From Nitrospirota bacterium (GTDB lineage: Bacteria; Nitrospirota; Thermodesulfovibrionia; Thermodesulfovibrionales; Dissulfurispiraceae), in assembly GCA_963710375.1 (NCBI GenBank), contig CAVPZX010000002.1:480001-544000 (forward strand): a stretch of 64,000 bases of DNA, given 5' to 3'. The notes under the pieces are model-generated. The model was given only the letters and a program-made list of their open reading frames with translations. It was not told the origin of the DNA and searched no databases. The translations under genes were made by a program, and so were the position numbers. Each line of letters begins with the position of its first letter. Positions within the stretch are counted from its first letter, which is position 1. Positions 24,118 to 35,300 of the stretch are shown piece by piece.

Positions 24118-25251
24118 TTATATCAGTATCGTTTTAGGAATAGAGAATCCGTTAAACTCAGAGGCATAGGATATGGTGTAAGCCCCGCTTGAGAGTATCA
24201 GAATGCGGTTGCCGGTCTCAGGCTCAGGCAGTTCCACATCACGGTCGATTACATCAAAGCTGTCGCAACTGGGTCCTGCAATTGTCCATTTTTTACTCTC
24301 GCTCCTGCTGCCCACAACATAGGTATATTTAATGCCGCCTATGCTTTCCATGAGGCCATTAAATACTCCCACATCAATATGAAGCCAGTTCTCATCCCCC
24401 CGTCTCGTCTTTCCGATAACGGTGGATACAAATACCCCTGCATCACCGACTACCGCCCTTCCAGGTTCGATGATTATTTCAGTGTCCTTTGGGAATTTCT
24501 GGTAAATGGCCTTATCTACCTTTTTCTCTATGGTTTTGATATCGACCACGCTCTTTGTATAGCGGATAGGATATCCCCCGCCAATATTGAGCAAGCTTAA
24601 TTTAATGCCGCTCTGCCCTGCGGTTTCCCATAAATCCCATGCCTTGTCAACAGCGGTGTTCCAGTTGTAGACATTATTGCACTGGGAACCGACATGGAAA
24701 GTAATGCCGACAGGGTTAAGCCCCTTTTCTTTTGCATATTCCAGCAGTTCAGCCGCCTCATCCATTTCAACGCCGAACTTCTTGCTTAAGGGCCACTCGC
24801 TCCCCTCATTCGGAACAGACAATCTTATGTAGACGTTACAGCCAGGCGCATACCGTGCAAGCTTGTCGGCCTCTGTAATAGAATCGAAGGCAAAGTAACG
24901 CACGCCATAATCAACGGCCTGACCGAGAAATTTAAATGTCTTTACCGGATTACTGGTAATTATCCTCTCAGGTCCCACGCCCAGAGAGGCGAGTATCTGA
25001 AGTTCGCCTTCGGAGGCGATCTCAAATCCTGTTCCAAGGCTGCTCATAAGTTTGAGCACTTCTTTGTCGGGATTGGCCTTTACCGCATAAAAAGTTTTCG
25101 AGTTCCTGATGCCCTTGCCGATTTGTGAGACCTTTTCAGTCACCACATCTCTGTCCATGAGCAAATATGGCGGCAGCTCATCACTCAGGGCAATGTAATT
25201 GAGCACCTTATTCCAGGTCTTTTTGCCTATAAATTCAGGGGTTGTTTCCAT
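24118..25251 (-). CDS. Type III PLP-dependent ornithine/lysine decarboxylase
   Basis: FYAVKAN, KFG, FHVGSQC, NIGGG, EPGR, GPSCDS.D, GAYT. Confidence 0.92.
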   Translation of the reverse strand: METTPEFIGKKTWNKVLNYIALSDELPPYLLMDRDVVTEKVSQIGKGIRNSKTFYAVKANPDKEVLKLMSSLGTGFEIASEGELQILASLGVGPERIITSNPVKTFKFLGQAVDYGVRYFAFDSITEADKLARYAPGCNVYIRLSVPNEGSEWPLSKKFGVEMDEAAELLEYAKEKGLNPVGITFHVGSQCNNVYNWNTAVDKAWDLWETAGQSGIKLSLLNIGGGYPIRYTKSVVDIKTIEKKVDKAIYQKFPKDTEIIIEPGRAVVGDAGVFVSTVIGKTRRGDENWLHIDVGVFNGLMESIGGIKYTYVVGSRSESKKWTIAGPSCDSFDVIDRDVELPEPETGNRILILSSGAYTISYASEFNGFSIPKTILI

Positions 25252-25485
25252 ATTCCGCTTATTGCTAACACTTCTGAACAGCCCGGCTTATACCGCCGTG
25301 TATACAGAAAATGCGAACGGTTATTATATACCAATTATAGCCACATTATACAACAACGCATGAACTTCCGAAGCGGGTCAGTTTGAAAAATAGTCGGGTT
25401 AGTCCCAATATTTGCATCCACTTCTTGACACCCCCCTTCTTGACCAATATAATTTAACAAAAAACAGCATGCAGGATAAAAAATA

Positions 25486-25938
25486 ATGTTCGCCGGACAG
25501 GATGAGAGAACGAGAACAATTGCCGTGGCCTCGGATCATGCGGGGTACGAGCTGAAAAAAGTGATTCTGGCCCACCTCAGATCTAAAGGCTACACCGTGA
25601 AAGACTTCGGTACGGACAGTGACCAGCCGGTAGACTATCCCGACTTTATCAGACCAGCGGCAATCAGCGTCGCTGCAGGAGAGAACGACGCGGGCGTTGT
25701 CATAGGGGGCAGCGGAAATGGTGAAGCGATAGTCGCCAATAAAGTACGCGGGATCCGTTGCGCGGTCTGCTGGAATACAGACTCCGGGCGACTTGCGAAA
25801 GAGCACAACGACGCAAACATCATCTCCCTTGGAGCCAGGCTGATAGGCGGGTCTCTGGCGTTAGAGATCGTTGACACATGGTTGAACGCAGAGTTTCAGG
25901 GCGGTCGTCATTCGCGGCGGATCGGGAAGATCGAATGA
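25486..25938 (+). CDS. rpiB: Ribose-5-phosphate isomerase B
   Basis: ASDHAG..LK, DYPD, GGSGNGE, ANK, HNDAN, GGRH.RR. Confidence 0.93.
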   Translation: MFAGQDERTRTIAVASDHAGYELKKVILAHLRSKGYTVKDFGTDSDQPVDYPDFIRPAAISVAAGENDAGVVIGGSGNGEAIVANKVRGIRCAVCWNTDSGRLAKEHNDANIISLGARLIGGSLALEIVDTWLNAEFQGGRHSRRIGKIE

Positions 25939-25979
25939 AGCGGAATGGTTATTCCTGAGAGAATGACCTCAATGAAAAA

Positions 25980-26708
25980 TCATACTCTCATATAAATCAG
26001 ATATTCTATATTACCCTTCTGCCCCTGCACAGGCGACTGCATTACGCCGATTATCCTGAGACCCAAAGATTGCATGGCCTCTTTCACCTGGCTGACAGCC
26101 CGCTCGCGTTTGGCAGCATCTCTAATTACGCCGCCCTTGTCCACTTCTCCTTTGCCCACCTCGAACTGAGGTTTAATCAGGGCAATCACCTCTCCTGCGG
26201 GCTGCAGGAACTCCAGCACCCTCGGCACAACTTTGACAAGGGAAATAAACGATACATCAATAGTAGCAAGCTCTACAGAATCCGGAATTTTTTCTTTTTC
26301 AAGGTACCGGATATTTGCCCGCTCGATGATAACGATTCTCGGGTCCTGCCGCAGTTTCCACGCAAGCTGGCCATAGCCGACGTCGATGCAATAAACTTTT
26401 GCCGCCCCGTGCTGGAGCAGACAGTCGGTAAAACCTCCTGTAGATGCGCCTACATCCATTGCAATCTTGCCGACCGGAGATATATTAAAACACTTGAGCG
26501 CCGCTTCAAGTTTGAGGCCGCCCCGGCTGACATAAGGGATTTCCCCGCCGCTTACCTCCACAGGAGCATCAGGGGCTACCATCGTGCCAGCTTTTGTAAC
26601 AGGCACCCCGCTCACGAACACCTTGCCTTCCATGATCAGGGCCCGAGCCCGCTCGCGGCTTGAGGCGAGACCCCTATCGACAATAATATTATCAAGGCGT
26701 TCTTTCAT
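25980..26708 (-). CDS. tlyA: TlyA family rRNA methyltransferase
   Basis: S4 domain; YVSRGGLKL, DVGASTGGFTD, KPQFE, GNIE. Confidence 0.94.
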   Translation of the reverse strand: MKERLDNIIVDRGLASSRERARALIMEGKVFVSGVPVTKAGTMVAPDAPVEVSGGEIPYVSRGGLKLEAALKCFNISPVGKIAMDVGASTGGFTDCLLQHGAAKVYCIDVGYGQLAWKLRQDPRIVIIERANIRYLEKEKIPDSVELATIDVSFISLVKVVPRVLEFLQPAGEVIALIKPQFEVGKGEVDKGGVIRDAAKRERAVSQVKEAMQSLGLRIIGVMQSPVQGQKGNIEYLIYMRV

Positions 26709-26775
26709 ACGTTAACCTATATAGTGCGTTCGCCCCGAAAACATAATGAAGACATGAGAAGTGGAGGGTATAATT

Positions 26776-28719
26776 TTATTGGTGAGTTCCTAATTCAACA
26801 GGTTGACCGGCTGTTTTCAGGAAAGCAGTTGCAGCTCTGTATATTCCATCTTCATCGAGACCGTATTGTTTCCTTAACTGCGCCTGAGAGCCGTGCTCCA
26901 CGAACTCATCACCAATGCCGATCCGGTGTACTGCCACATCGGAGATACCCTCACGGTTCAGATATTCAAGCACCGCAGAGCCGAAGCCCCCTGCAAGAAG
27001 GTTCTCCTCCACTGTGATTATCCGTTTCGCCCTTCCACAAAGCGCCCTTATCCCCTCCTCATCGAGCGGCTTAATAAAGCGGGCATTGACTACGCAAGCA
27101 TCGATGTCGTCCTTTTTCAGCATTGCCGCAGCTTTCATCGCTGGATACACTGCATTGCCGACTGCAATAAAGGCGAGGTCTTTTCCATCAACGATGATTT
27201 CCGATTTCCCCATTTCAAGTACAGTGTGCCCTACACCGAAACTGGCATAAGGACTGACCTTCCCCCTTGGATACCGCAATGCGGCCGGACCCTTATGAGC
27301 TAACGCGAGCTTAAGCATTTCTTTCATCTCATAACTGTCTTTAGGGGCCATTACGATCAGATTGGGAACATGCCGCAGGAACGATATATCGAACAATCCC
27401 TGATGGGTTGCGCCATCCTCTCCCACAATGCCGGCCCGATCAATGGCAAACACGACCGGAAGGTCCTGAAGGCAGACATCGTGAATTATCTCATCATAGG
27501 CCCGTTGCAGGAATGTGGAGTAAATCGCCACCACAGGCTTGAGCCCCTGGCTCGCAAGCCCTGCCGCAAACGTCACAGCGTGGGGTTCTGCGATGCCTAC
27601 ATCGTAGAAGCGATCGGGGAACTTCTCTGCAAAGACCGCAAGGCCGGTACCCTCCTTCATAGCCGCACTGACCGCAACGATATCCTTATCCTCAGTCGCT
27701 ATCTCGGTGAGTGCATTGCCGAAGATATCACAAAATGCTATACACCCGTCATGCGCCTGAACACTTCCTGCGGATGCCTTTTCAGCCTGCGTTACCCCAG
27801 TATCTACCTCAAAGGGACCGATACCGTGAAAAATACAAGGGTCATCCTCTGAAAATTTATAACCCTTGCCTTTCTTGGTAACAACATGGATGAGAATAGG
27901 CTCGCTAGCGTTCCTGATCCTGCTGAATGTCTCAATAAGGAGAGGGACATCATGCCCGTCAATCGGGCCCAAATAGTTAAACCCAAGGTCCTCGAACAGC
28001 CCGCCGGGAAGGAAAAAACCTTTGAGGCTCCCTTCGGCCCGTTGGGCAATTTTCGCGACCGACTCTCCGATCCGAGGGATCCCTTCCAGAAGGGCCTTGG
28101 TCTCTTTTTTAAACCTTTGATAGAATACCCCGGTCAATACCCTATTCAGGTAATTCGAAAGCGCACCGACATTTGGGGAAATCGACATCTCATTGTCATT
28201 CAGGACCACGATAAGGTCTTTCTTCAAATGCCCTGCCTGGTTAAGCCCCTCAAAAGCCAGGCCCGATGTCAGAGCACCATCACCAATCACAGCGATCACC
28301 TTGAAGTGTTCGCCTTTCCTGCACCTTGCTTCAGCGATTCCGAGCGCCGCTGATATGGAGGTGGAACTGTGGCCAGTGCCGAACGCATCATGCGGACTCT
28401 CGGCCATTCTCGGGAACCCGGATATGCCCTTGTATTTCCGTATCGTGGGAAAGTCTTCGTACCTTCCGGTCAAAAGTTTATGAGAATAAGACTGGTGGCC
28501 GACGTCCCATATTATCTTATCAACAGGGGAATTAAAGACATAATGGAGCGCAATCGTCAATTCAACCACTCCTAGGTTAGAAGCCAGATGTCCGCCATTA
28601 ATGGATACCCTTTCGATAATCAGGGTGCGGAGTTCCTCCGCAAGGGCAAGCAGTTCTTCCTGTTTCAGCGATTTCAGATCAAGCGGCGATTTTATATGTT
28701 TTATGAGCATTCTTTCCAT
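26776..28719 (-). CDS. dxs: 1-deoxy-D-xylulose-5-phosphate synthase
   Basis: GGHL..NLG, WDVGHQ, GHSSTS, GDGALT, DVGIAE.HA, DRAG. Confidence 0.97.
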   Translation of the reverse strand: MERMLIKHIKSPLDLKSLKQEELLALAEELRTLIIERVSINGGHLASNLGVVELTIALHYVFNSPVDKIIWDVGHQSYSHKLLTGRYEDFPTIRKYKGISGFPRMAESPHDAFGTGHSSTSISAALGIAEARCRKGEHFKVIAVIGDGALTSGLAFEGLNQAGHLKKDLIVVLNDNEMSISPNVGALSNYLNRVLTGVFYQRFKKETKALLEGIPRIGESVAKIAQRAEGSLKGFFLPGGLFEDLGFNYLGPIDGHDVPLLIETFSRIRNASEPILIHVVTKKGKGYKFSEDDPCIFHGIGPFEVDTGVTQAEKASAGSVQAHDGCIAFCDIFGNALTEIATEDKDIVAVSAAMKEGTGLAVFAEKFPDRFYDVGIAEPHAVTFAAGLASQGLKPVVAIYSTFLQRAYDEIIHDVCLQDLPVVFAIDRAGIVGEDGATHQGLFDISFLRHVPNLIVMAPKDSYEMKEMLKLALAHKGPAALRYPRGKVSPYASFGVGHTVLEMGKSEIIVDGKDLAFIAVGNAVYPAMKAAAMLKKDDIDACVVNARFIKPLDEEGIRALCGRAKRIITVEENLLAGGFGSAVLEYLNREGISDVAVHRIGIGDEFVEHGSQAQLRKQYGLDEDGIYRAATAFLKTAGQPVELGTHQ

Positions 28720-28728
28720 TTATTAATA

Positions 28729-29619
28729 TCAACTCTTCCTTTCAAGCATGAGCTGAGCAATAGCGCGCAAGGGGTCAGCTTTTTCATCAAAAACAGTCAA
28801 TGACCCAACCGCATCATCAATCAATCCTTTTGCCTTCCTTTTGGATTCTTCTATACCATAAAGTTTAGGATAGGTCATCTTCTTTTTCTTCTCGTCAGAG
28901 CCGGCTGTTTTGCCCAACACTTCCGTTTGTCCCTCCACATCCAGTATATCATCAATGACCTGAAATGCGAGGCCCGTACTCTGTCCGTAGCTTGCCAGAC
29001 CGGCCAGCCGCTCATCACTGCAGCAGGCCAAAATGCCGCCGGTTTTTACCGCAGCTGTTATAAGTGCAGCGGTTTTACATCTGTGAATAAAGAAAAGGGT
29101 TTCGGGATCAGGCTCTTCGTTTTCGGACAGCAGGTCTTGCGCCTGGCCGCCTACCATGCCGTACATGCCAGACCCATCGGCAATTTCATTAATTGCCCTG
29201 ATAATCGCTGAATGGGGGATGGAGGCTACTGCATGCCGTTCATTAGAGAGCAGATAAAATGCCTCTGTCAGGAGGGCGTCCCCGGCAAGGATTGCCATGC
29301 CCTCACCAAAAACCTTGTGGTTTGTCGGCTTGCCGCGCCTCAAATCGTCATCGTCCATAGCTGGCAGGTCATCGTGGATCAATGAGTAGGTGTGGATCAG
29401 TTCGAACGCAGAAGCATAAGGCACCACGTCATCAGCCTTTCCTCCACAAGCCTCGTATGAGGCGAGACAGAGAATAGGCCTTATCCTTTTACCACCCGCG
29501 GAAAGTGAATAGGTCATTGACTTATAGAGCGCATCTGGAACAATGGCCCGGGAGAAATATTTGTCCATGAACGAATCGATCAGAACTTTCTTCTCTTGCA
29601 TGTACTTTGCTATATCCAT
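28729..29619 (-). CDS. ispA: Farnesyl/geranylgeranyl diphosphate synthase
   Basis: GGKRIRP, SLIHDDLPAMDDDDLRRG, FQVIDDILD. Confidence 0.93.
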   Translation of the reverse strand: MDIAKYMQEKKVLIDSFMDKYFSRAIVPDALYKSMTYSLSAGGKRIRPILCLASYEACGGKADDVVPYASAFELIHTYSLIHDDLPAMDDDDLRRGKPTNHKVFGEGMAILAGDALLTEAFYLLSNERHAVASIPHSAIIRAINEIADGSGMYGMVGGQAQDLLSENEEPDPETLFFIHRCKTAALITAAVKTGGILACCSDERLAGLASYGQSTGLAFQVIDDILDVEGQTEVLGKTAGSDEKKKKMTYPKLYGIEESKRKAKGLIDDAVGSLTVFDEKADPLRAIAQLMLERKS

Positions 29620-29630
29620 AGTTTAAACAC

Positions 29631-29730
29631 CGTGAATAGTGAATCGTGAATAGTGAATCGAAAAATAAAAGCCTTTTAAGAAAGTGTTCATCTGCTTTTG
29701 CGTTTCACGATTCACTATTCACGATTCACG
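29631..29730. repeat. Palindromic heptamer array, copy 3
   Basis: cgtgaatagtgaatcgtgaatagtgaatcg ... tttcacgattcactattcacgattcacg. Confidence 0.85.
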
Positions 29731-29735
29731 TTTTT

Positions 29736-31277
29736 TTACTCCCACTCTATGGTACCGGGCGGCTTTGACGTTATATCGTAGACCACCCTGTTGACACCCT
29801 TTACTTCGTTGATTATTCTGTTAGCTATCCTCTCCAATATTTCAGAAGGGATCCTGGCCCAGTCAGCTGTCATACCATCGAGGCTTGTCACAGCCCGGAC
29901 TGCAACTACATTTTCATAGGTCCTTTCATCGCCCATGACGCCGACGCTCTTAATTGGAAGGATTACAGCAAATGCCTGCCATATGTCCCTGTACAGTCCT
30001 GCCAGCTTTATTTCCTCAAGTACGATAGAATCAGCGTCCCTCAGCATATCAAGTTTGTCTGCCGCAGCTTCGCCGATACATCGTATGGCAAGCCCCGGGC
30101 CGGGAAAGGGATGCCTCCAGCATATCTCCTCAGGAAGGCCCAGTGCCTCACCCAGGACACGCACTTCATCTTTAAAAAGCTCCCGCAGGGGCTCAATAAG
30201 CTTTAACTGCATCACTTTGGGCAGCCCGCCGACATTATGATGACTCTTAATAACTGCCGACGGCCCTTTGAAAGAAACGCTTTCAATAACATCGGGATAC
30301 AGCGTCCCCTGTGCAAGAAATTCGGCATCAGTTATCTTTCTTGCCTCCTCTTCAAAAATCGAGATAAATTCATTGCCGATGACCTTTCTCTTCCGCTCCG
30401 GCTCAGTGACCCCGGAAAGTTTTTCGAGGAATCTCGCCCGCGCATCCACATAGTCGAGCCTTATTCGAAAATGGCCTTCAAAAGTCTTTCGCACTTTCTC
30501 GGTCTCACCTTTCCTCAGAAGACCGTTATCAACAAATATACAGGTGAGTCTGTCGCCGATTGCCTTATGAATAAGTAAAGCAACAACAGAAGAATCGACA
30601 CCGCCGCTCAATGCGCAGACCACTTTTTTAGTGCCGACCTTTGAGCGTATGTCGGCTACCGCCCATTCGATAAAGGATGACATCTCCCATGTGGGTCTGC
30701 AACCGCAAATAGTATAAACAAAATTCCCTAGTATTCTTGACCCTTCGTCGGTATGGGCCACCTCTGGATGAAACTGAAGGGCGTAAAGTTGCCGTTCCTT
30801 ATTCGCCATGGCAGCTATCGGCGAATTGTCAGTATGGCCCGTAATGGAAAATCCTACCGGCAGAAGCTCTATCCTGTCTCCATGGCTCATCCAGACTTTC
30901 GACTTCTGCGTTACGCCCCGGAGGAGGTCTGTTTCATCATCGATTATGAGTTCGGCTTTGCCGTATTCTCTTTTTGCAGCCCTGGCCACTTTCCCTCCCA
31001 GGCAGTGTGCCATCAACTGCATCCCATAACATACGCCGAGCACCGGGATACCGAGACTGAACACCTTCAGGTCAGGAATAGGAGACCCACTGTCATACAC
31101 ACTGGAAGGCCCTCCGGAAAGGACAATTCCTTTCGGCTTAAAGGATCGTATCTTCTCAATGGATGCATTAAAGGGAAATATCTCGGAATAGACTTTGCCC
31201 TCACGTATCCTTCTCGCTATAAGCTGGGTATATTGCGAACCGAAATCGAGGACTAATATTTTATCGTCATGCGTCAT
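29736..31277 (-). CDS. guaA: GMP synthase (glutamine-hydrolyzing)
   Basis: [37 protein letters not shown]. Confidence 0.98.
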   Translation of the reverse strand: MTHDDKILVLDFGSQYTQLIARRIREGKVYSEIFPFNASIEKIRSFKPKGIVLSGGPSSVYDSGSPIPDLKVFSLGIPVLGVCYGMQLMAHCLGGKVARAAKREYGKAELIIDDETDLLRGVTQKSKVWMSHGDRIELLPVGFSITGHTDNSPIAAMANKERQLYALQFHPEVAHTDEGSRILGNFVYTICGCRPTWEMSSFIEWAVADIRSKVGTKKVVCALSGGVDSSVVALLIHKAIGDRLTCIFVDNGLLRKGETEKVRKTFEGHFRIRLDYVDARARFLEKLSGVTEPERKRKVIGNEFISIFEEEARKITDAEFLAQGTLYPDVIESVSFKGPSAVIKSHHNVGGLPKVMQLKLIEPLRELFKDEVRVLGEALGLPEEICWRHPFPGPGLAIRCIGEAAADKLDMLRDADSIVLEEIKLAGLYRDIWQAFAVILPIKSVGVMGDERTYENVVAVRAVTSLDGMTADWARIPSEILERIANRIINEVKGVNRVVYDITSKPPGTIEWE

Positions 31278-31286
31278 AACTAAACC

Positions 31287-31379
31287 CGTGAAAAGTGAAT
31301 CGTGAATAGTAAATACAGGGGAAAAACTTTATTATAAGACTTTTACCTTTCGATTCACTATCCACTATTAACGTTTCAC
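31287..31379. repeat. Palindromic heptamer array, copy 4
   Basis: cgtgaaaagtgaatcgtgaatagtaaa ... cgattcactatccactattaacgtttcac. Confidence 0.75.
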
Positions 31380-31384
31380 AGCCT

Positions 31385-32845
<1,461 letters not shown>

Positions 32846-32918
32846 TCAGCTGCTCCTCATTAATTAGTGCTTGTGATTATACCATTTCTAGAACGCCCCA
32901 GGCAAAAATTGAAAACAG

Positions 32919-33020
32919 ACTGTGAATAGTGAATGGTGAATAGTGAATAGTTAAAAACCAAAGATTTTTTGTTTTGAGTTTTGCCTTGAGCTGTTCACGA
33001 TTCACTATTCACAGTCACAG
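32919..33020. repeat. Palindromic heptamer array, copy 5
   Basis: actgtgaatagtgaatggtgaatagtgaatag ... ttcacgattcactattcacagt. Confidence 0.85.
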
Positions 33021-33024
33021 TTTG

Positions 33025-33691
33025 TCAGGAAATGAGGTCTGCATTAATTTTTACATGCATCGTCTGCCTGATGCCGTTGACATATGATCCAAACGACTCA
33101 TGCCGGTTGCTCGATATTATAGCCTGCAATTTTTCATTAATAGTCTTCTCGTCGTCCGAAATATTCTTGAGATCAATAGGGTTTACCTCGGCAGAAGACC
33201 AGATAAGCTGTCTCATTCTGTCTGAAAGAAGCTGCTGACGCAGAGAACTTTCGAACATCTCCGGCGTTTGCCGCTGCAGACTGCAGAGCCCTGAAGTACA
33301 TATCACGATTGAAGACTCCGTTCCTCATAAAAGCCGGTTCGTGTATGATGACGTCCTGGAGTTCCTCGTCGGTTACCGTCAATCCGATGTCACCGGCAGC
33401 GACCGCGAGGACCCTGTCCGCTATCAAGCTGCTGAGCACCGCCTCTTTCAACTTAAGTTTCTTTTCCATCTCCTCGTTAAACTGGTCCTTGTATGTCTCA
33501 CGTAACTTCGTTCTCATCTGATCATATGCCTGCCAGTATTCTTCGGCGGTAATCCTTTCCTTGCCGATTTCAGCAACACTGGGCGCGCCGGATTTATCGA
33601 CCGTGCCTACCCCCCAGAATATAAACGACAGTATAACGATTATGAAAAGTACATAAAAAAACCGTGCATGTTTGCGCATCGACTTAAGCAT
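33025..33691 (-). pseudogene. SurA/PpiD N-terminal-domain membrane chaperone, frameshifted near 33280 (pseudogene or sequencing error)
   Basis: MLKSMRK..ILSFIFWGV signal anchor; removing one base in CTGCAG-T-CTGCAG joins ORF 33173-33691 to ORF 33025-33306 (...RALQLQRQTPEMFE...). Confidence 0.8.
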
Positions 33692-33784
33692 TTATTTAAT
33701 ACCTCCCTGAAAAATAATCTTCAAGAATATTACCGTGGTCAAATCAGTAGTAAGAAGAGGATTTTTTAACGCGAACATTTGCCT

Positions 33785-34027
33785 TCAGTTGCTGTCGGTC
33801 GTCTCGATTTTCAGCTCCACGCTTTTTTCGGGCACAATGGTGGACACAGCGTGCTTGTAGATGAGTTGTTCATTCACGTCCTTGAGCAGAATAACAAAAC
33901 TATCGAATCCTTTTACAATTCCCTTTAATCTCACTCCGTTAGTGAGATAGAGTAATACCGGGATTTTCTCTTTCCTCAACTGGTTAAGGAAAAGATCCTG
34001 AAGCCCCTGCCCCTTGCCGTTTCCCAT
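33785..34027 (-). CDS. hfq: RNA chaperone Hfq
   Basis: [30 protein letters not shown]. Confidence 0.96.
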   Translation of the reverse strand: MGNGKGQGLQDLFLNQLRKEKIPVLLYLTNGVRLKGIVKGFDSFVILLKDVNEQLIYKHAVSTIVPEKSVELKIETTDSN

Positions 34028-34045
34028 GCACCCTCCCTACTTAGA

Positions 34046-34119
34046 AATGTTGGATGTTGAATGTTGAATGTTGAATAAAAAGTCCATAATTTAACATTCA
34101 AAATTCAAAACTTAACATT
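34046..34119. repeat. Palindromic heptamer array, ATGTTGA type
   Basis: aatgttggatgttgaatgttgaatgttgaa ... aacattcaaaattcaaaacttaacatt. Confidence 0.65.
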
Positions 34120-34233
34120 TGTTGTTTCAGTAGTGACCCTTTTACCATAAAGCATTTTTTCCAATAATTCAAGCACTATGTGCAACGCGGTAACGCATGT
34201 GCCATGCGGCTTGTGCAACAACGAACTGAAGTG

Positions 34234-34435
34234 AATTCAGACAGTGTAATGAAGGATATGTCTCTTGCGCTCAGGCGCTACGTCCTGACAGTTCTAACGG
34301 CTTGTTCGCTACAGTCGCAAAACTCGCCCTTCGGGCTCAGACATTGCGCCTGTTAGACGCTCACTTCGCCGAGAACTGTTACCAGGACTCCGCGATTCGC
34401 TTCAGAGACACATCCTTCATTACACTGTCTGAATT
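34234..34435. repeat. ~200-bp fold-back element (MITE/REP-like)
   Basis: AATTCAGACAGTGTAATGAAGGATATGTCTCT near-perfectly inverted at 34404-34435; nested inner arms and apical GCCC-TTCG-GGC hairpin. Confidence 0.8.
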
Positions 34436-34527
34436 GCGGCCATATGGAACCTGTCATTACTCTTCACTGCACCCTATGTTATAATAAAAAGCAGATGTAT
34501 TAGTTAGTATCCAACGGAGGTTTAAGT

Positions 34528-34731
34528 ATGCCTATTTTTGAATATACATGCGGAAAATGCGGACGGGATTTCGAAACGCTCGTTTTCGGCAACCGGAAAG
34601 TGACCTGTAGCGCATGCGGGTCTGAAGATGTAAAAAAAAGGTTTTCAGTATTCGGAATGAGCGGAGTAGAGCATCCCGCATCTTCCGGGTGCTCTTCCTG
34701 CAGTTCGGGTTCATGTAGTTCCTGCAAATAA
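34528..34731 (+). CDS. FmdB-family zinc-ribbon protein
   Basis: MPIFEYTC..CG..FE, CSACGS, Cys/Ser-rich tail; GGAGG RBS. Confidence 0.88.
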   Translation: MPIFEYTCGKCGRDFETLVFGNRKVTCSACGSEDVKKRFSVFGMSGVEHPASSGCSSCSSGSCSSCK

Positions 34732-34735
34732 AAAC

Positions 34736-34829
34736 AATTACGAATTAGGAATGAGGAATTAAGAATTTGAGGATTAAAGACAATAGTATTTTTCCACAAT
34801 TCTTAATTCCTAATTCCTAATTCGTAATT
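34736..34829. repeat. Palindromic heptamer array, AGGAATT/AATTCCT type
   Basis: aattacgaattaggaatgaggaattaagaatt ... aattcttaattcctaattcctaattcgtaatt; a half copy lies near 21835-21860. Confidence 0.75.
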
Positions 34830-34838
34830 AATTTAATT

Positions 34839-35147
34839 ATGGGCAACCAGACATTTGAAGCCGGTACCGAGGTAGATACCCGCCGGGAAACAAAAAAGCC
34901 GTCTCTTTACAGGGTAGTGCTTCTGAACGATGATTATACTCCGATGGACTTTGTAGTCCACATACTTGAGTCCGTGTTTCACAAGTCCACTATAGAAGCC
35001 ACTCAGATAATGCTGAACGTGCACAAAAAAGGTTCTGGACTGGCAGGCGTTTATACCCGTGAGATAGCCGAAACAAAGGTCAATACCGTCCAGGAACTTG
35101 CCCGCAAAAGCAAGTTCCCGCTAAAGTGCATCATGGAGAAAGAATGA
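34839..35147 (+). CDS. clpS: Clp protease adaptor ClpS
   Basis: [31 protein letters not shown]. Confidence 0.96.
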   Translation: MGNQTFEAGTEVDTRRETKKPSLYRVVLLNDDYTPMDFVVHILESVFHKSTIEATQIMLNVHKKGSGLAGVYTREIAETKVNTVQELARKSKFPLKCIMEKE

Positions 35148-35149
35148 TT

Positions 35150-35273
35150 GACGGTTTCGTAAAAAGCCCATATGCTGCGTTGCGCTGCACTCTTCGTCAC
35201 TGCGGCGTACCAAAAGTACGCCTCATTCCTCAGAATTTGCGCGCCTTGCCTATGGACTTTTTACGAAACCGTC
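35150..35273. mobile_element. MITE-like element between clpS and clpA
   Basis: Terminal inverted repeat GACGGTTTCGTAAAAAG ... CTTTTTACGAAACCGTC; internal GGCGTAC-caaaa-GTACGCC hairpin. Confidence 0.8.
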
Positions 35274-35300
35274 CGCTTTGTGACTTTCTACGAGGTCGAC

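Noticed and set aside
23152..25251. ODC-speE pair lacking SAM decarboxylase as a novel pathway
   Set aside because: speD is often encoded elsewhere; absence from one window is uninformative
34187..34204. Sigma54 promoter upstream of hfq (TGGCAC...)
   Set aside because: The -12 position reads TTAC, not TTGC; another TGGCAC near 48870 has the wrong spacing
34302..34484. 60-aa ORF upstream of the FmdB-like gene
   Set aside because: It lies largely within the fold-back repeat and has no RBS or protein motif
35172..35300. 43-aa N-terminal extension of ClpA
   Set aside because: It is an open frame through a MITE; ClpA-like sequence begins at ATG 35301
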